Source: a virus
IMG/VR virus record: IMGVR_UViG_3300035701_000008
Span: 1 to 64,000 of that record
DNA: 64,000 nt
Reading direction: 5' to 3' (one strand)
Each line of letters starts with the position of its first letter. Positions within the stretch are counted from its first letter, which is position 1. A program made the position numbers and the translations under genes. Below the pieces are notes generated by a model that worked only from the letters and a program-made list of their open reading frames with translations, searched no databases and was not told where the DNA came from. This document shows, piece after piece, positions 36,994-45,891 of this stretch.

Positions 36994-38001
36994 ATGGCTA
37001 TACCAAGTAAACAAATAGGATGGGGAACAGAATCAAACCTATTATGGCAAATTGCCAAACAATTACAATATTTAACACAAGTGGCAGGAAATGCTCCTAA
37101 AGGTCCATTCAAATATAATGCTAACGGAACAGGTATAGAACCTTGTTTATTTAGTAATACTTCTAGTGGTACTTATTCAACAATAGGTGGTGGATGTAGA
37201 AATACTGCTTCAGGGCAATGTTCTACAGTGGGAGGTGGTCAAAGTAATATAGCTTGTGGTGATTTGGCTACAATTGGTGGTGGTTATATTAACACTGCTT
37301 ATGGTAATTGTTCAACGATAGGTGGAGGTTTTAGCAATCTTACTGAAGGATGTTCATCTACCGTTGGTGGTGGTAATAATAATACTGCTTCTGGTTTTTA
37401 TACAACAGTTGGTGGAGGTTATAATAATTCAGTAATAATTGGTCGTTCAACAATTAGCGGAGGTTATAACAATACTGCCTCTAGTGATACAACAACAATA
37501 GGTGGTGGATTAGCTAATTCTACATCAGGTTCATACTCAACTGTTGGAGGTGGTAGATATAATATTTCAGGTGGTAGTGGTGCTACAATTAGTGGAGGTA
37601 GTGGGAATACTGCTTCAGGCAACTATTCAGTAATTAGTGGTGGTTGCTCAAACATTGCTTCCTATGGTCATTCAACAATAGGCGGAGGATATGGTAACGA
37701 AGCTAATGGTTATTGCTCGACTATTGGTGGAGGTAAAACAAATAATGCTTCAGGTGCACATTCAGTAATTAGTGGTGGTAGTGATAATGTTGCTGATGGA
37801 AATAGCTCTGCTATTTTAGGGGGTCGCAGTAATGACACTTATGGTTTTTCTTATGCAATGATTGTAGGTAATAGTATACAAGCAAATAGAGCTGATACAA
37901 CATTTGTAAATAACCTTTCAATTATGAATATCCCAACAACTCCTGTAGGTTTGCCAAGCGGTGCTGTATGGAATAGTGGAGGAATATTAACTATAGTTTA
38001 A
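36994..38001 (+). CDS. Second IGGGxxN beta-roll fibre protein (335 aa)
   Basis: Same repeats and near-identical C-terminus (FVNNLSI.NIPT..VGLP.G..W) as 28415, with a different N-terminal module. Confidence 0.7.
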   Translation: MAIPSKQIGWGTESNLLWQIAKQLQYLTQVAGNAPKGPFKYNANGTGIEPCLFSNTSSGTYSTIGGGCRNTASGQCSTVGGGQSNIACGDLATIGGGYINTAYGNCSTIGGGFSNLTEGCSSTVGGGNNNTASGFYTTVGGGYNNSVIIGRSTISGGYNNTASSDTTTIGGGLANSTSGSYSTVGGGRYNISGGSGATISGGSGNTASGNYSVISGGCSNIASYGHSTIGGGYGNEANGYCSTIGGGKTNNASGAHSVISGGSDNVADGNSSAILGGRSNDTYGFSYAMIVGNSIQANRADTTFVNNLSIMNIPTTPVGLPSGAVWNSGGILTIV

Positions 38002-38016
38002 TAAAAATATAAAGAA

Positions 38017-38154
38017 ATGGCAATACCATCAAAACAAATAGGTTGGAGTACACAAAGTAATCTCTTATGGTACATATCAAAAGAATTGGAAAGATTAACA
38101 TGTGTAATGGCTGGTGGCTGTACAACTACTACCACTACTACAACAGTAGCTTAA
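38017..38154 (+). CDS. 45-aa paralog of the 36994 N-terminal module with a Thr8 tail (not in ORF track)
   Basis: MAIPSKQIGWSTQSNLLWYISKELERLTCVMAGGCTTTTTTTTVA. Confidence 0.7.
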   Translation: MAIPSKQIGWSTQSNLLWYISKELERLTCVMAGGCTTTTTTTTVA

Positions 38155-38184
38155 AATAAAAACAAAAATAAAACCAACTACATT

Positions 38185-38790
38185 ATGAAAGATTTAAAAT
38201 TTATCCAGGAAAAATGGTTACCTTGTCCAGGATTTGAAACTTCTTATGAAGTTAGTAATTATGGAAAAGTTAGAAGTATTGATAGATATTGTTCTGGAAG
38301 AAGAGGTCTTATAAAAGGACAAATTATTCATTCTGATTTAAATCAAAAAGGATATCCACAATTAAGACTTTATAATAGTAATAAAAAGTATGTTAGAAAT
38401 CAACATAGATTAGTTGCTTTAGCTTTTATACCTAATCCTAATAACTTACCACAAGTAAATCATATAGATGGTAATAAACTAAACAATCATATATCAAATC
38501 TAGAATGGATTTCAAATTCTGATAACATGAGACATGCATATAAGTTAGGATTAAAATGTAGTAAAGGAGAAAATAATAGTAATTGTAAAATAACAGATAA
38601 TCAAGTAACCCAAATTAAACTTATATACAATAATGGAAAATCTTCTAAAGATATTTCTGAAGAACTAGGTATAAAATTACATATAGTTAGACAAATTATA
38701 AGTGGGAAATCTTGGAAGTCTAATAGAACACCTCTTATGAAAAGAGACGATAGATCAAAAACCAAAAAACCAATATTATGCGTGAATTAA
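38185..38790 (+). mobile_element. Free-standing NUMOD4-HNH homing endonuclease
   Basis: EKW..C.GFE..YEVSNYGKVRS (NUMOD4) and HRLVA.AFIPNP...VNHIDGNKLNN...NLEW (HNH). Confidence 0.88.
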
Positions 38791-39794
38791 AGTTTATACA
38801 AAGTTGCCCAAGCGATATTTATTACACATGGCAAGTAAACCTTTGGATGGAAAGCCTAAAAGAAATAGGACATAGCGATAAAGCTATTAATGTTATCTTT
38901 ATAGCTAAAGGGAGAGAGAATACAGATAAGTGGAAACAAATAGAAAATTTGTATCCAGAAGCAGAGTTTCATTACTATGCAGATGAAGATGATTTAAGTC
39001 GATTGTTAGGAATCTATATTCCTGTTCTACGTCCTTATGTTCTTTGGAAACATTTTAAGAAACATCCAGAGCTAAGTGAAAAAGCTATCTTCTATTGTGA
39101 TAGTGATATTCTATTTATGAAGGATTTTAATGTAGATAAGTTCTTAGAGGATGACATTAGTTACCTATCTGATACAAATAGCTACATCAATGCTAAATAT
39201 TTTGATAGTAAGATTAATCAAGTGCTTCCTGAGAAGCTAGAAGAATATAAGAATAGAGACATTCTTGCAGAAATTGCAAGTGTTGTAGGAATAAGCAGAG
39301 AAATCTGTGAAGCTAATAATGATCATTCAGGAGGAGCACAATATCTATTAAAGAATGTAGATGCAAACTTCTGGAGTAAGGTGATGAATGATTGTATTCT
39401 TATAAGAAGTTATTTACAAACAGTGAATAGAGAATTCTTTAAAGATGAAAATACAGGCTATCAAAGCTGGTGTGCAGATATGTGGGCTGTTCTTTGGAAC
39501 ATCTGGATGAGAGATCAAGAAACAAGAGTGGTCAAAGAATTAGCATTTGCTTGGGCTACAGATCCACTTATCAAATTAGAATCTCATACAATCTTTCATA
39601 ATGCAGGAATAGTTTCTGAAACAGGAAATGGCTATCCAGCTTTCTATAAAGGAAAATATCATATGGGAAGTGATCCAACAAAAGATCCTAACTTAGATGT
39701 TATTCTTAATGATGAGAAAACACAAAAGTATTGTACGTGGTTTTATGCCACTAAATTGAATGAAATTAAAAACAAATATAACCTAGACTATTAA
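38778..39794 (+). CDS. GT-A glycosyltransferase resembling plant HPAT/peptidyl-serine galactosyltransferases (GT95/GT96-like)
   Basis: YYTWQV, YIPVLRPY, IFYCDSDILF (DxD), GGAQY, WCADMWA and IFHNAG motifs. Confidence 0.65.
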   Translation: MRELKFIQSCPSDIYYTWQVNLWMESLKEIGHSDKAINVIFIAKGRENTDKWKQIENLYPEAEFHYYADEDDLSRLLGIYIPVLRPYVLWKHFKKHPELSEKAIFYCDSDILFMKDFNVDKFLEDDISYLSDTNSYINAKYFDSKINQVLPEKLEEYKNRDILAEIASVVGISREICEANNDHSGGAQYLLKNVDANFWSKVMNDCILIRSYLQTVNREFFKDENTGYQSWCADMWAVLWNIWMRDQETRVVKELAFAWATDPLIKLESHTIFHNAGIVSETGNGYPAFYKGKYHMGSDPTKDPNLDVILNDEKTQKYCTWFYATKLNEIKNKYNLDY

Positions 39795-39812
39795 CCCTAA
39801 ATTAAAAAATAA

Positions 39813-40025
39813 ATGGGAAGCATTAATTCAAGACCTTTAAAGGCTTTTGTTCGCTACGATGGTAGCCACAGAATAGTTGCAGGAAGCTTAATCCTTAGAA
39901 AAAATAAGCCAAAAGTAGGTAAGTGGAAAGAAATAAATGCATATGAGTGCTGTTTCCTTAGTACCACTACCACTACAACTACAGTAGCACCAACAACTAG
40001 TACAACAACAACAGGACCATTATAA
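39813..40025 (+). CDS. Small Cys-containing module with poly-Thr tail
   Basis: LKAFVRYDGS...KPKVGKWKEI..YECC followed by a T-rich tail. Confidence 0.7.
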   Translation: MGSINSRPLKAFVRYDGSHRIVAGSLILRKNKPKVGKWKEINAYECCFLSTTTTTTTVAPTTSTTTTGPL

Positions 40026-40027
40026 TC

Positions 40028-40795
40028 ATGAGAAGCAATAATAATAATAAGCTTAAAGCTTTTGTACGTTTTGATGGTTCAGGACGTGTAGTGTCAAGTA
40101 GTTTAATTGTACAAGCATTTAAACCGAAGGTTGGTAATTGGAAAGAAATAGATGCTAAGGAGTGTTGTAATTATACATCCACCACCACATCTACTACCAC
40201 CATACAATCCACTAATTGGACTTTTGTTCCTGATCAACAATTAGTTTGGCCTATTGATCAAAATGGATATACATTATATGAAGGTGAATGGACAGCATTT
40301 GATGATGGACAAACAGTAGATTCATTTCCTTTTGTAGATGATTTTTACGCAACAGGTGTAGCTAGTACTACATTCATTATTGATACTAATGGAAGGGCTA
40401 TGGTTAATGTTAGTAATTGGGATTTATTTGGTAATGGGGGAGATTTATATATAGAACCTGGTACACCTCTTAATGATGGTGATACACAAAACTTTTGGTA
40501 TTTATCAAGTGGACCATCAACTAAATGGAAAAATAGTATATTAGTATATTGTGGACATTGCTGTGGAATTGGATTTGCAGAAAAACCATATTCTTATATA
40601 ATTAATGTATATAGAGATGATACATATCAATATTTAGAAACAAGAATTAAAACAGATAGTTCAATTTCTGGAGTACCTAATGGTGTGGTTGGTATTACTG
40701 GTGCAACAGGTGTTGCAACTGTACAATCACAAGTATGGAGAAGTGGATTATTAGGAGTAGATTGGGCATTATTAGGAAATGGTATAATAATATAA
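40028..40795 (+). CDS. Paralog of 39813 with Thr linker and C-terminal beta-rich (NIDO-like) domain
   Basis: Same N-terminal module, a TSTTTSTTT linker, and a DD.....FPF..DFY.......IDTNG pattern. Confidence 0.6.
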   Translation: MRSNNNNKLKAFVRFDGSGRVVSSSLIVQAFKPKVGNWKEIDAKECCNYTSTTTSTTTIQSTNWTFVPDQQLVWPIDQNGYTLYEGEWTAFDDGQTVDSFPFVDDFYATGVASTTFIIDTNGRAMVNVSNWDLFGNGGDLYIEPGTPLNDGDTQNFWYLSSGPSTKWKNSILVYCGHCCGIGFAEKPYSYIINVYRDDTYQYLETRIKTDSSISGVPNGVVGITGATGVATVQSQVWRSGLLGVDWALLGNGIII

Positions 40796-40810
40796 TATAA
40801 AATAAAAATC

Positions 40811-41230
40811 ATGGCATTAAAATCCCTATTTCCAGAAGAGATGATGGAAGGTAAAGGAGGAGCAACTGGTCTAACATTAGAGACTATTGCAGGGAAGTTA
40901 ACTTATTTTCACTTACAGGCACATCTCCTCCATTGGCAAACAACATCATATGCTCAACACCAAGCTCTTGGTGGATTATATGATTATGTGCATGATTTCA
41001 AAGATGGATTGATAGAGAAGATTATGGGATATACAGGTAAAAGACCTAACCCATATAAAATAGAACCTCTTACAAACTGTACAGCTGGTGAGTGTGTTAA
41101 TAATCTTCTATCTTTTGCTTCAGATTTGAAAGCGTATGGTGAGAAGAATGGTTATCATGATGTATGTAATCTAGCAGATTCATTATCTGGAGAAGCAGCT
41201 AAAGTGCGTTACTTACTAACATTGTCATAA
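40811..41230 (+). CDS. Ferritin/Dps-like four-helix protein (DUF5856-like)
   Basis: HLLHWQTTSYAQHQALGGLYD...D.LIE...YLLTLS. Confidence 0.75.
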   Translation: MALKSLFPEEMMEGKGGATGLTLETIAGKLTYFHLQAHLLHWQTTSYAQHQALGGLYDYVHDFKDGLIEKIMGYTGKRPNPYKIEPLTNCTAGECVNNLLSFASDLKAYGEKNGYHDVCNLADSLSGEAAKVRYLLTLS

Positions 41231-41514
41231 TGGATATAAACAGAAAACATTTTCCTAAGGTGATGCAAGATAATGATGAGACATTTCTTGCACACTTAGA
41301 AGGTGTTATTTCTTCTGTTGATGAACTATGTAGCTTAGAGATAACAAAGAGCTTAGAATCATATAGATTCAGAATAGCATGTAGTCTTCCTAAGTATAAC
41401 AATATGGTGATTGAAGAAATATTGAAATTCTGTAATATGTTTAAAATAAGAATAAACATGAGTAAATCAATAAAGACAAGTTCAGTAATCAGTTTTGAAA
41501 TAACAATTAACTAA
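41230..41514 (+). CDS. Hypothetical protein
   Basis: 94-aa ORF with TAATG coupling. Confidence 0.65.
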   Translation: MDINRKHFPKVMQDNDETFLAHLEGVISSVDELCSLEITKSLESYRFRIACSLPKYNNMVIEEILKFCNMFKIRINMSKSIKTSSVISFEITIN

Positions 41515-41515
41515 A

Positions 41516-41977
41516 ATGGTAAGACAACACGGTTTTGATACTAGATCTCCTGAATATCATAGAATGAGATATATATGTAAAAAGAATAAAATTTCTTTTG
41601 CAGAATATTATAATAATATAGAAAAGTATAATGTATATACTAGAAGAAAAAAACATTTACATTTAGAACAATATAGTGCTGAATATTATAAAACAATTTG
41701 GTTAAAAAAGAAATATAAAATAACCTTAGAAGAATATAATGAAATGTTAAATAAACAAAAAGGAGTTTGTGCAATTTGTGAAAATCCTGAAACAACTATT
41801 AATAAAAAAACAGGTGAGACTATTAATTTGGCTGTAGATCATGATCATTTAACAGGAAAAAACAGAGGACTTTTATGCACTTCTTGTAATAGAGGTTTAG
41901 GCTGTTTTAGAGATAGTGTTAAGTACTTAGATAATGCTAAAAAATATATAAGTAATCATAACAATAATCAAGTGTAA
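41516..41977 (+). mobile_element. Free-standing endonuclease VII-family homing endonuclease
   Basis: Y.ITLEEYNEML..Q...CAIC...LAVDHDH.TGK.RGLLC..CN.GLG.F.D. Confidence 0.82.
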
Positions 41978-42005
41978 TAACATTTGAAATAAATTTAGAA
42001 CAATA

Positions 42006-42992
42006 ATGGCAACATTTATAAAAGCTGGATTTTGGGAGCAATTATGTAAACCTTGTACAGGATACAAAGGATGGCTTAATTTAACAAAGTTTGTACAGGA
42101 TACAGCTTCTGAAATAGTAGGTCCTCAAGGTCCTCAAGGAGTGCAAGGCCCACAAGGAATACAAGGAGTACAAGGAGATCAAGGAATACAAGGTGAAACA
42201 GGAGAACAAGGAACAGCAGGTAATTCTGTTACAATTCTTGGTTCATATGCAAATTTAGCAGCATTTAATGCTGGTGCAGGTTCTTTACCTGGAGCTAATA
42301 TAGGTGATGCATGGATTCTTTTATCTGATGGTAGCCTTATGACATGGAATGGCACAGCATGGTTTGATGCTGGAGATATAAAAGGTCCACAAGGTGATCA
42401 GGGAATTCAAGGAATACAGGGACCTCAAGGAGAACAGGGTATTCAGGGGGTACAAGGTATACAAGGACCTGTTGCTCCTTCTACTAGTTTGTTTGCTCAA
42501 ACAGCAAACTCAACACCTGTAACAGGAACTATAGTAGAAAGTACATTAATAGGTACAGGAGTAGGAAGTTTATCTGTTCCTGCAAATGGATTTCAAGTGG
42601 GGGATAGTTTTAGAGCTGTATTTGGTGGTGTTATGAATGCTGCAAATAACCAGACTATTAGAATTAAATTAAAAGCTGGTTCTGTTATTCTTTTAGATAG
42701 TGGTATACAAGATCTTGGAAGTAGTATTGTAGATGATGTATGGAGTTTAAATGTTGATTTTACAATCAGACAAGTTGGAGCTGCTACTGTAGCATCTATC
42801 GTATCATTAGGATCTTTTCATTACACAAAAACTAACAATGCTTCTGTTCAAGGATTTGGTTTTAATGTTGTAAACAATACAACATTCAATACAACAATTA
42901 GCAATACATTAAATTTCACTGTACAATGGGGATCTACTAGTGGTAGTAATTCTATTTATAGTGATATATTTATATTAAACAAAACGTACTAA
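42006..42992 (+). CDS. Collagen-like (GXY) fibre/decoration protein
   Basis: Two GPQGxQ triplet tracts and a beta-rich C-terminal domain. Confidence 0.75.
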   Translation: MATFIKAGFWEQLCKPCTGYKGWLNLTKFVQDTASEIVGPQGPQGVQGPQGIQGVQGDQGIQGETGEQGTAGNSVTILGSYANLAAFNAGAGSLPGANIGDAWILLSDGSLMTWNGTAWFDAGDIKGPQGDQGIQGIQGPQGEQGIQGVQGIQGPVAPSTSLFAQTANSTPVTGTIVESTLIGTGVGSLSVPANGFQVGDSFRAVFGGVMNAANNQTIRIKLKAGSVILLDSGIQDLGSSIVDDVWSLNVDFTIRQVGAATVASIVSLGSFHYTKTNNASVQGFGFNVVNNTTFNTTISNTLNFTVQWGSTSGSNSIYSDIFILNKTY

Positions 42993-43057
42993 ATAAATTT
43001 GTTTATTACAAAAACATTATTTACTTTTACTGTTAATTTTTTAAAAACCAATTTATT

Positions 43058-43312
43058 ATGGCAACTTACAATCCTGCTAAAAAGTACACATGGACTCCTG
43101 AAGACACATTCACTATCTCAGGACAAGATTTCGGTCTAATTCTAAACACTGTTAGATCTTATTTATCATCAGAAGAAGCAGCACGCTTTCAATTGATGGT
43201 TAAAGCTAATGAAGTGGTTGAGAGATTAATGATAGAAGGTGTAGAAGCTGATATCATTAAGGAAGTCTCAGAAAATCCTACAGAAGCTCCTACAATGCAA
43301 GTTGTAGATTAA
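43058..43312 (+). CDS. Hypothetical protein
   Basis: 84-aa ORF following an AT-rich leader. Confidence 0.6.
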   Translation: MATYNPAKKYTWTPEDTFTISGQDFGLILNTVRSYLSSEEAARFQLMVKANEVVERLMIEGVEADIIKEVSENPTEAPTMQVVD

Positions 43313-43370
43313 CATTAACATACCTGTTGGGTGAAGAATAACAGGTGTTCCAGAACAAAAGCACTTCTCT

Positions 43371-43574
43371 ATGAGAATATACGAACCAAAGAATAGAATA
43401 GATGTTACAACACCCAAGGGAGATGGGATAATATGGCTTGTTACAGAATATGGACCAGAGACAGACACCATCTATACAATTATAATAGACAATACAGGTG
43501 AGATGTGGCAATACACTCACAAAGATATAATCGTTAAACCCAATATAACATTTAAACGCTATGGCAACAATTAA
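43371..43574 (+). CDS. Hypothetical protein
   Basis: 67-aa ORF overlapping the next start. Confidence 0.55.
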   Translation: MRIYEPKNRIDVTTPKGDGIIWLVTEYGPETDTIYTIIIDNTGEMWQYTHKDIIVKPNITFKRYGNN

Positions 43575-43938
43575 AAAAGCACAATCTGGATCTAAATTAA
43601 AAAAAGACGAATTTAGATTAAAAGCTCTTAAGTTTGAAGAAACTAAAAAACAGAACGCTATAAACAATTCTAGAGAAGATGCTAAAAGAGCTGAAAAAAA
43701 TATAGAAAAAAGGCCTCGTTTAGAAGGTAAGAAAATGAAGAACGGTGGTTCTTTATCTGGACTTAAAGCCTCCAACAAAAGAGTTGGTCCTGTAGATCCT
43801 AAAGGAGCATTCACAAAGGTGCAAAAGAAAACATTAGCTGGTGCTAAAGGAAAAGCTTCTCTTACAAAAGATAAGCAACTTGGTGCTACAAAAATGGCTA
43901 AGACTGGTGCTAAAATGTCTAAAGGTAAAAAATGCTAA
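43561..43938 (+). CDS. Small Lys-rich protein
   Basis: Highly basic, with KKAQSG, MKNGG and MAKTG motifs. Confidence 0.65.
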   Translation: MATIKKAQSGSKLKKDEFRLKALKFEETKKQNAINNSREDAKRAEKNIEKRPRLEGKKMKNGGSLSGLKASNKRVGPVDPKGAFTKVQKKTLAGAKGKASLTKDKQLGATKMAKTGAKMSKGKKC

Positions 43939-43941
43939 GTA

Positions 43942-44184
43942 ATGGCTACAGCTAAAAAGATTAGTTGCTGGAAAGGTTATGCTAAGAAAGGCACAAAGAA
44001 GAAAGGAAATAAGACAGTGAACAACTGTGTTAAAATCACGCCTAAAGCTAAAGATGGTAAGTGGATACAAAAAGCAATTAATCCTGCACATAAGGGATAT
44101 TGCACTCCTATGACCAAAGCTACATGCACTCCCAAACGTAAAGCTCTTGCTAAAACATTACGTAAAATATCTAAAAAGAAATAA
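43942..44184 (+). CDS. Small Lys-rich Cys-containing protein
   Basis: CWKGY...NNCVK and KWIQKAI...CTP...CTP modules. Confidence 0.65.
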   Translation: MATAKKISCWKGYAKKGTKKKGNKTVNNCVKITPKAKDGKWIQKAINPAHKGYCTPMTKATCTPKRKALAKTLRKISKKK

Positions 44185-44186
44185 TT

Positions 44187-44486
44187 ATGTCTAAGTTAAA
44201 TCCTCAGAAAGCTACAGCATATGTAGGCCCTGGTGTATTACGTAAAGGTGGTAAAATTACTCCTGTTCCTAATGGTCCTCTTATTAAGAAGAAGGGCCCT
44301 TTTAAAGGAAGCACATTGAAAGCTGGTGGTATGATTAAACGTGCTGATGGTTCTATGTCAAGAAGAGGACTTTGGGATAATTTGAGAAGCAAAGCAGCTC
44401 AAAATAAAAAGACTGGTGCAAAACCTAAATCTCCTAGTAAAGCAATGTTGACTCAGGAGAAAAAAATAAAATCTAAAGGAAAATGA
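44187..44486 (+). CDS. Small Lys-rich protein
   Basis: LRKGG, LKAGG and GLWDNLR motifs. Confidence 0.65.
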   Translation: MSKLNPQKATAYVGPGVLRKGGKITPVPNGPLIKKKGPFKGSTLKAGGMIKRADGSMSRRGLWDNLRSKAAQNKKTGAKPKSPSKAMLTQEKKIKSKGK

Positions 44487-45106
44487 TATTAGATATTAGT
44501 AATGAACATAAACAAAAATACTTTTCTCAGAAAGAGAAAGGAGGAGTTATTTATAAAATTACTAATCAAATTGATGGTAAATTCTATATAGGAAGTACAA
44601 ACAATTTGATAAAAAGATATTACACTCATATTAACCACATAAGAACTAATAAATCTACATGTGTAAAACTGATTAGAGCAGTTAATAAACATGGAGAAGA
44701 TAACTTCACATTTGAAATTTTATGTGAATGTTCTACTGAAGAAATACTAAAGACTGAACAAAGTTACATAGATAGTTTAAATCCTACTTATAACATTGCT
44801 AAAATTGCTGGAAGTAATCTTGGAATTAAGAGAACAGAAGAAGTTAAACTTAAAAAATCTATATCTCAAAAAGAAAATTGGAAAGATGATGATTATAGAA
44901 GTAAACATTTAGAAAATTTATCAAAGAATTGGAAAAGTGGAGCTTCTCATAGAATGGCTAAGCTTACAGAAGAACAAGTAATTGAAATTAAAAAACAATT
45001 AGCAAGTGGTCTTTTACCTAAACAGGTAGCAGATAAACTTGAACTTAGTTATTACTCTATAAAAGATATTCATAGAGGAAAGACTTGGAAAAATATAAAC
45101 ATTTAA
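44483..45106 (+). mobile_element. Free-standing GIY-YIG homing endonuclease
   Basis: VIYKITN..DGKFYIGST..R...H, EQ.YID...P.YN, a NUMOD3-like segment and a C-terminal HTH (AKLTEEQV). Confidence 0.85.
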
Positions 45107-45118
45107 AACTAAGAAATA

Positions 45119-45388
45119 ATGGCAACACCAGCATGGACTAGATCTGAAGGAAAAGATCCAAAAGGAGGATTAAATAGAAAAGGAGTGGCTTCATATAGAA
45201 AAGCTAATCCTGGAAGTAAATTAAAAATGGCTGTTACAACAAAACCTTCCAAACTTAAACCTGGAAGTAAATCAGCTAATAGAAGAAAATCATTCTGTGC
45301 AAGAATGTCAGGAGTAAAAGGTCCTGCAAAGAAACCTAATGGAGAACCTACAAGAAAAACTCTTGCTCTTCGTAAATGGAATTGTTAA
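45119..45388 (+). CDS. Small basic protein (DUF6321-like)
   Basis: GKDPKGGLN.KG...RRKSFCARM...LRKWNC. Confidence 0.7.
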   Translation: MATPAWTRSEGKDPKGGLNRKGVASYRKANPGSKLKMAVTTKPSKLKPGSKSANRRKSFCARMSGVKGPAKKPNGEPTRKTLALRKWNC

Positions 45389-45408
45389 CAATTAAACAAT
45401 AATATATT

Positions 45409-45891
45409 ATGGCAATTATGAAAAAACCTGCTAAAAAAATGCAAGCAGGAGGTTCTTTAAAACCTACATACAAAAACTTAGGACTTGCTAGATCTGCATC
45501 TAATAATGCAGCAGGTAGAGATACTAATACACCAGCTACTAAAAAGGATAGTCTTGATTATAAAAAAGGATTTGACATGGGTAAAGCTGGTAAAAAACCT
45601 AGTTCTCTTAGAGCTAAGTATGAAGGTAAAAATCAATATGAAGAAAAAGGGAGATGGGAAGGACAAAACTCTACAAAAACTAAAACTATGAAAAAAGCTA
45701 AAAATGGTAAATCATTTCCTGATTTAAACAAAGATGGAAAGATTACAAAAGCTGATATTCTTAAAGGACGTGGTGTTATAGCTAAGAAAGGTGCTACAGT
45801 TAAGAAAGCACAATATGGTGGAGCAACTGCTTCTATGGTGCCTATGAAATCTGGTGGCAAAATGACCAAATGCAAATACGGGTGTAACTAA
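45409..45891 (+). CDS. Basic protein with EF-hand-like DLNKDGKITKAD loop
   Basis: MQAGG, AKNG, AQYGG and MKSGG motifs plus FPDLNKDGKITKADIL. Confidence 0.65.
   Translation: MAIMKKPAKKMQAGGSLKPTYKNLGLARSASNNAAGRDTNTPATKKDSLDYKKGFDMGKAGKKPSSLRAKYEGKNQYEEKGRWEGQNSTKTKTMKKAKNGKSFPDLNKDGKITKADILKGRGVIAKKGATVKKAQYGGATASMVPMKSGGKMTKCKYGCN

Noticed and set aside
28415-38001. Diversity-generating retroelement acting on the paralogous fibre C-termini
   Set aside because: No reverse transcriptase is present in the window, both copies are coding, and the differences are not confined to adenines.
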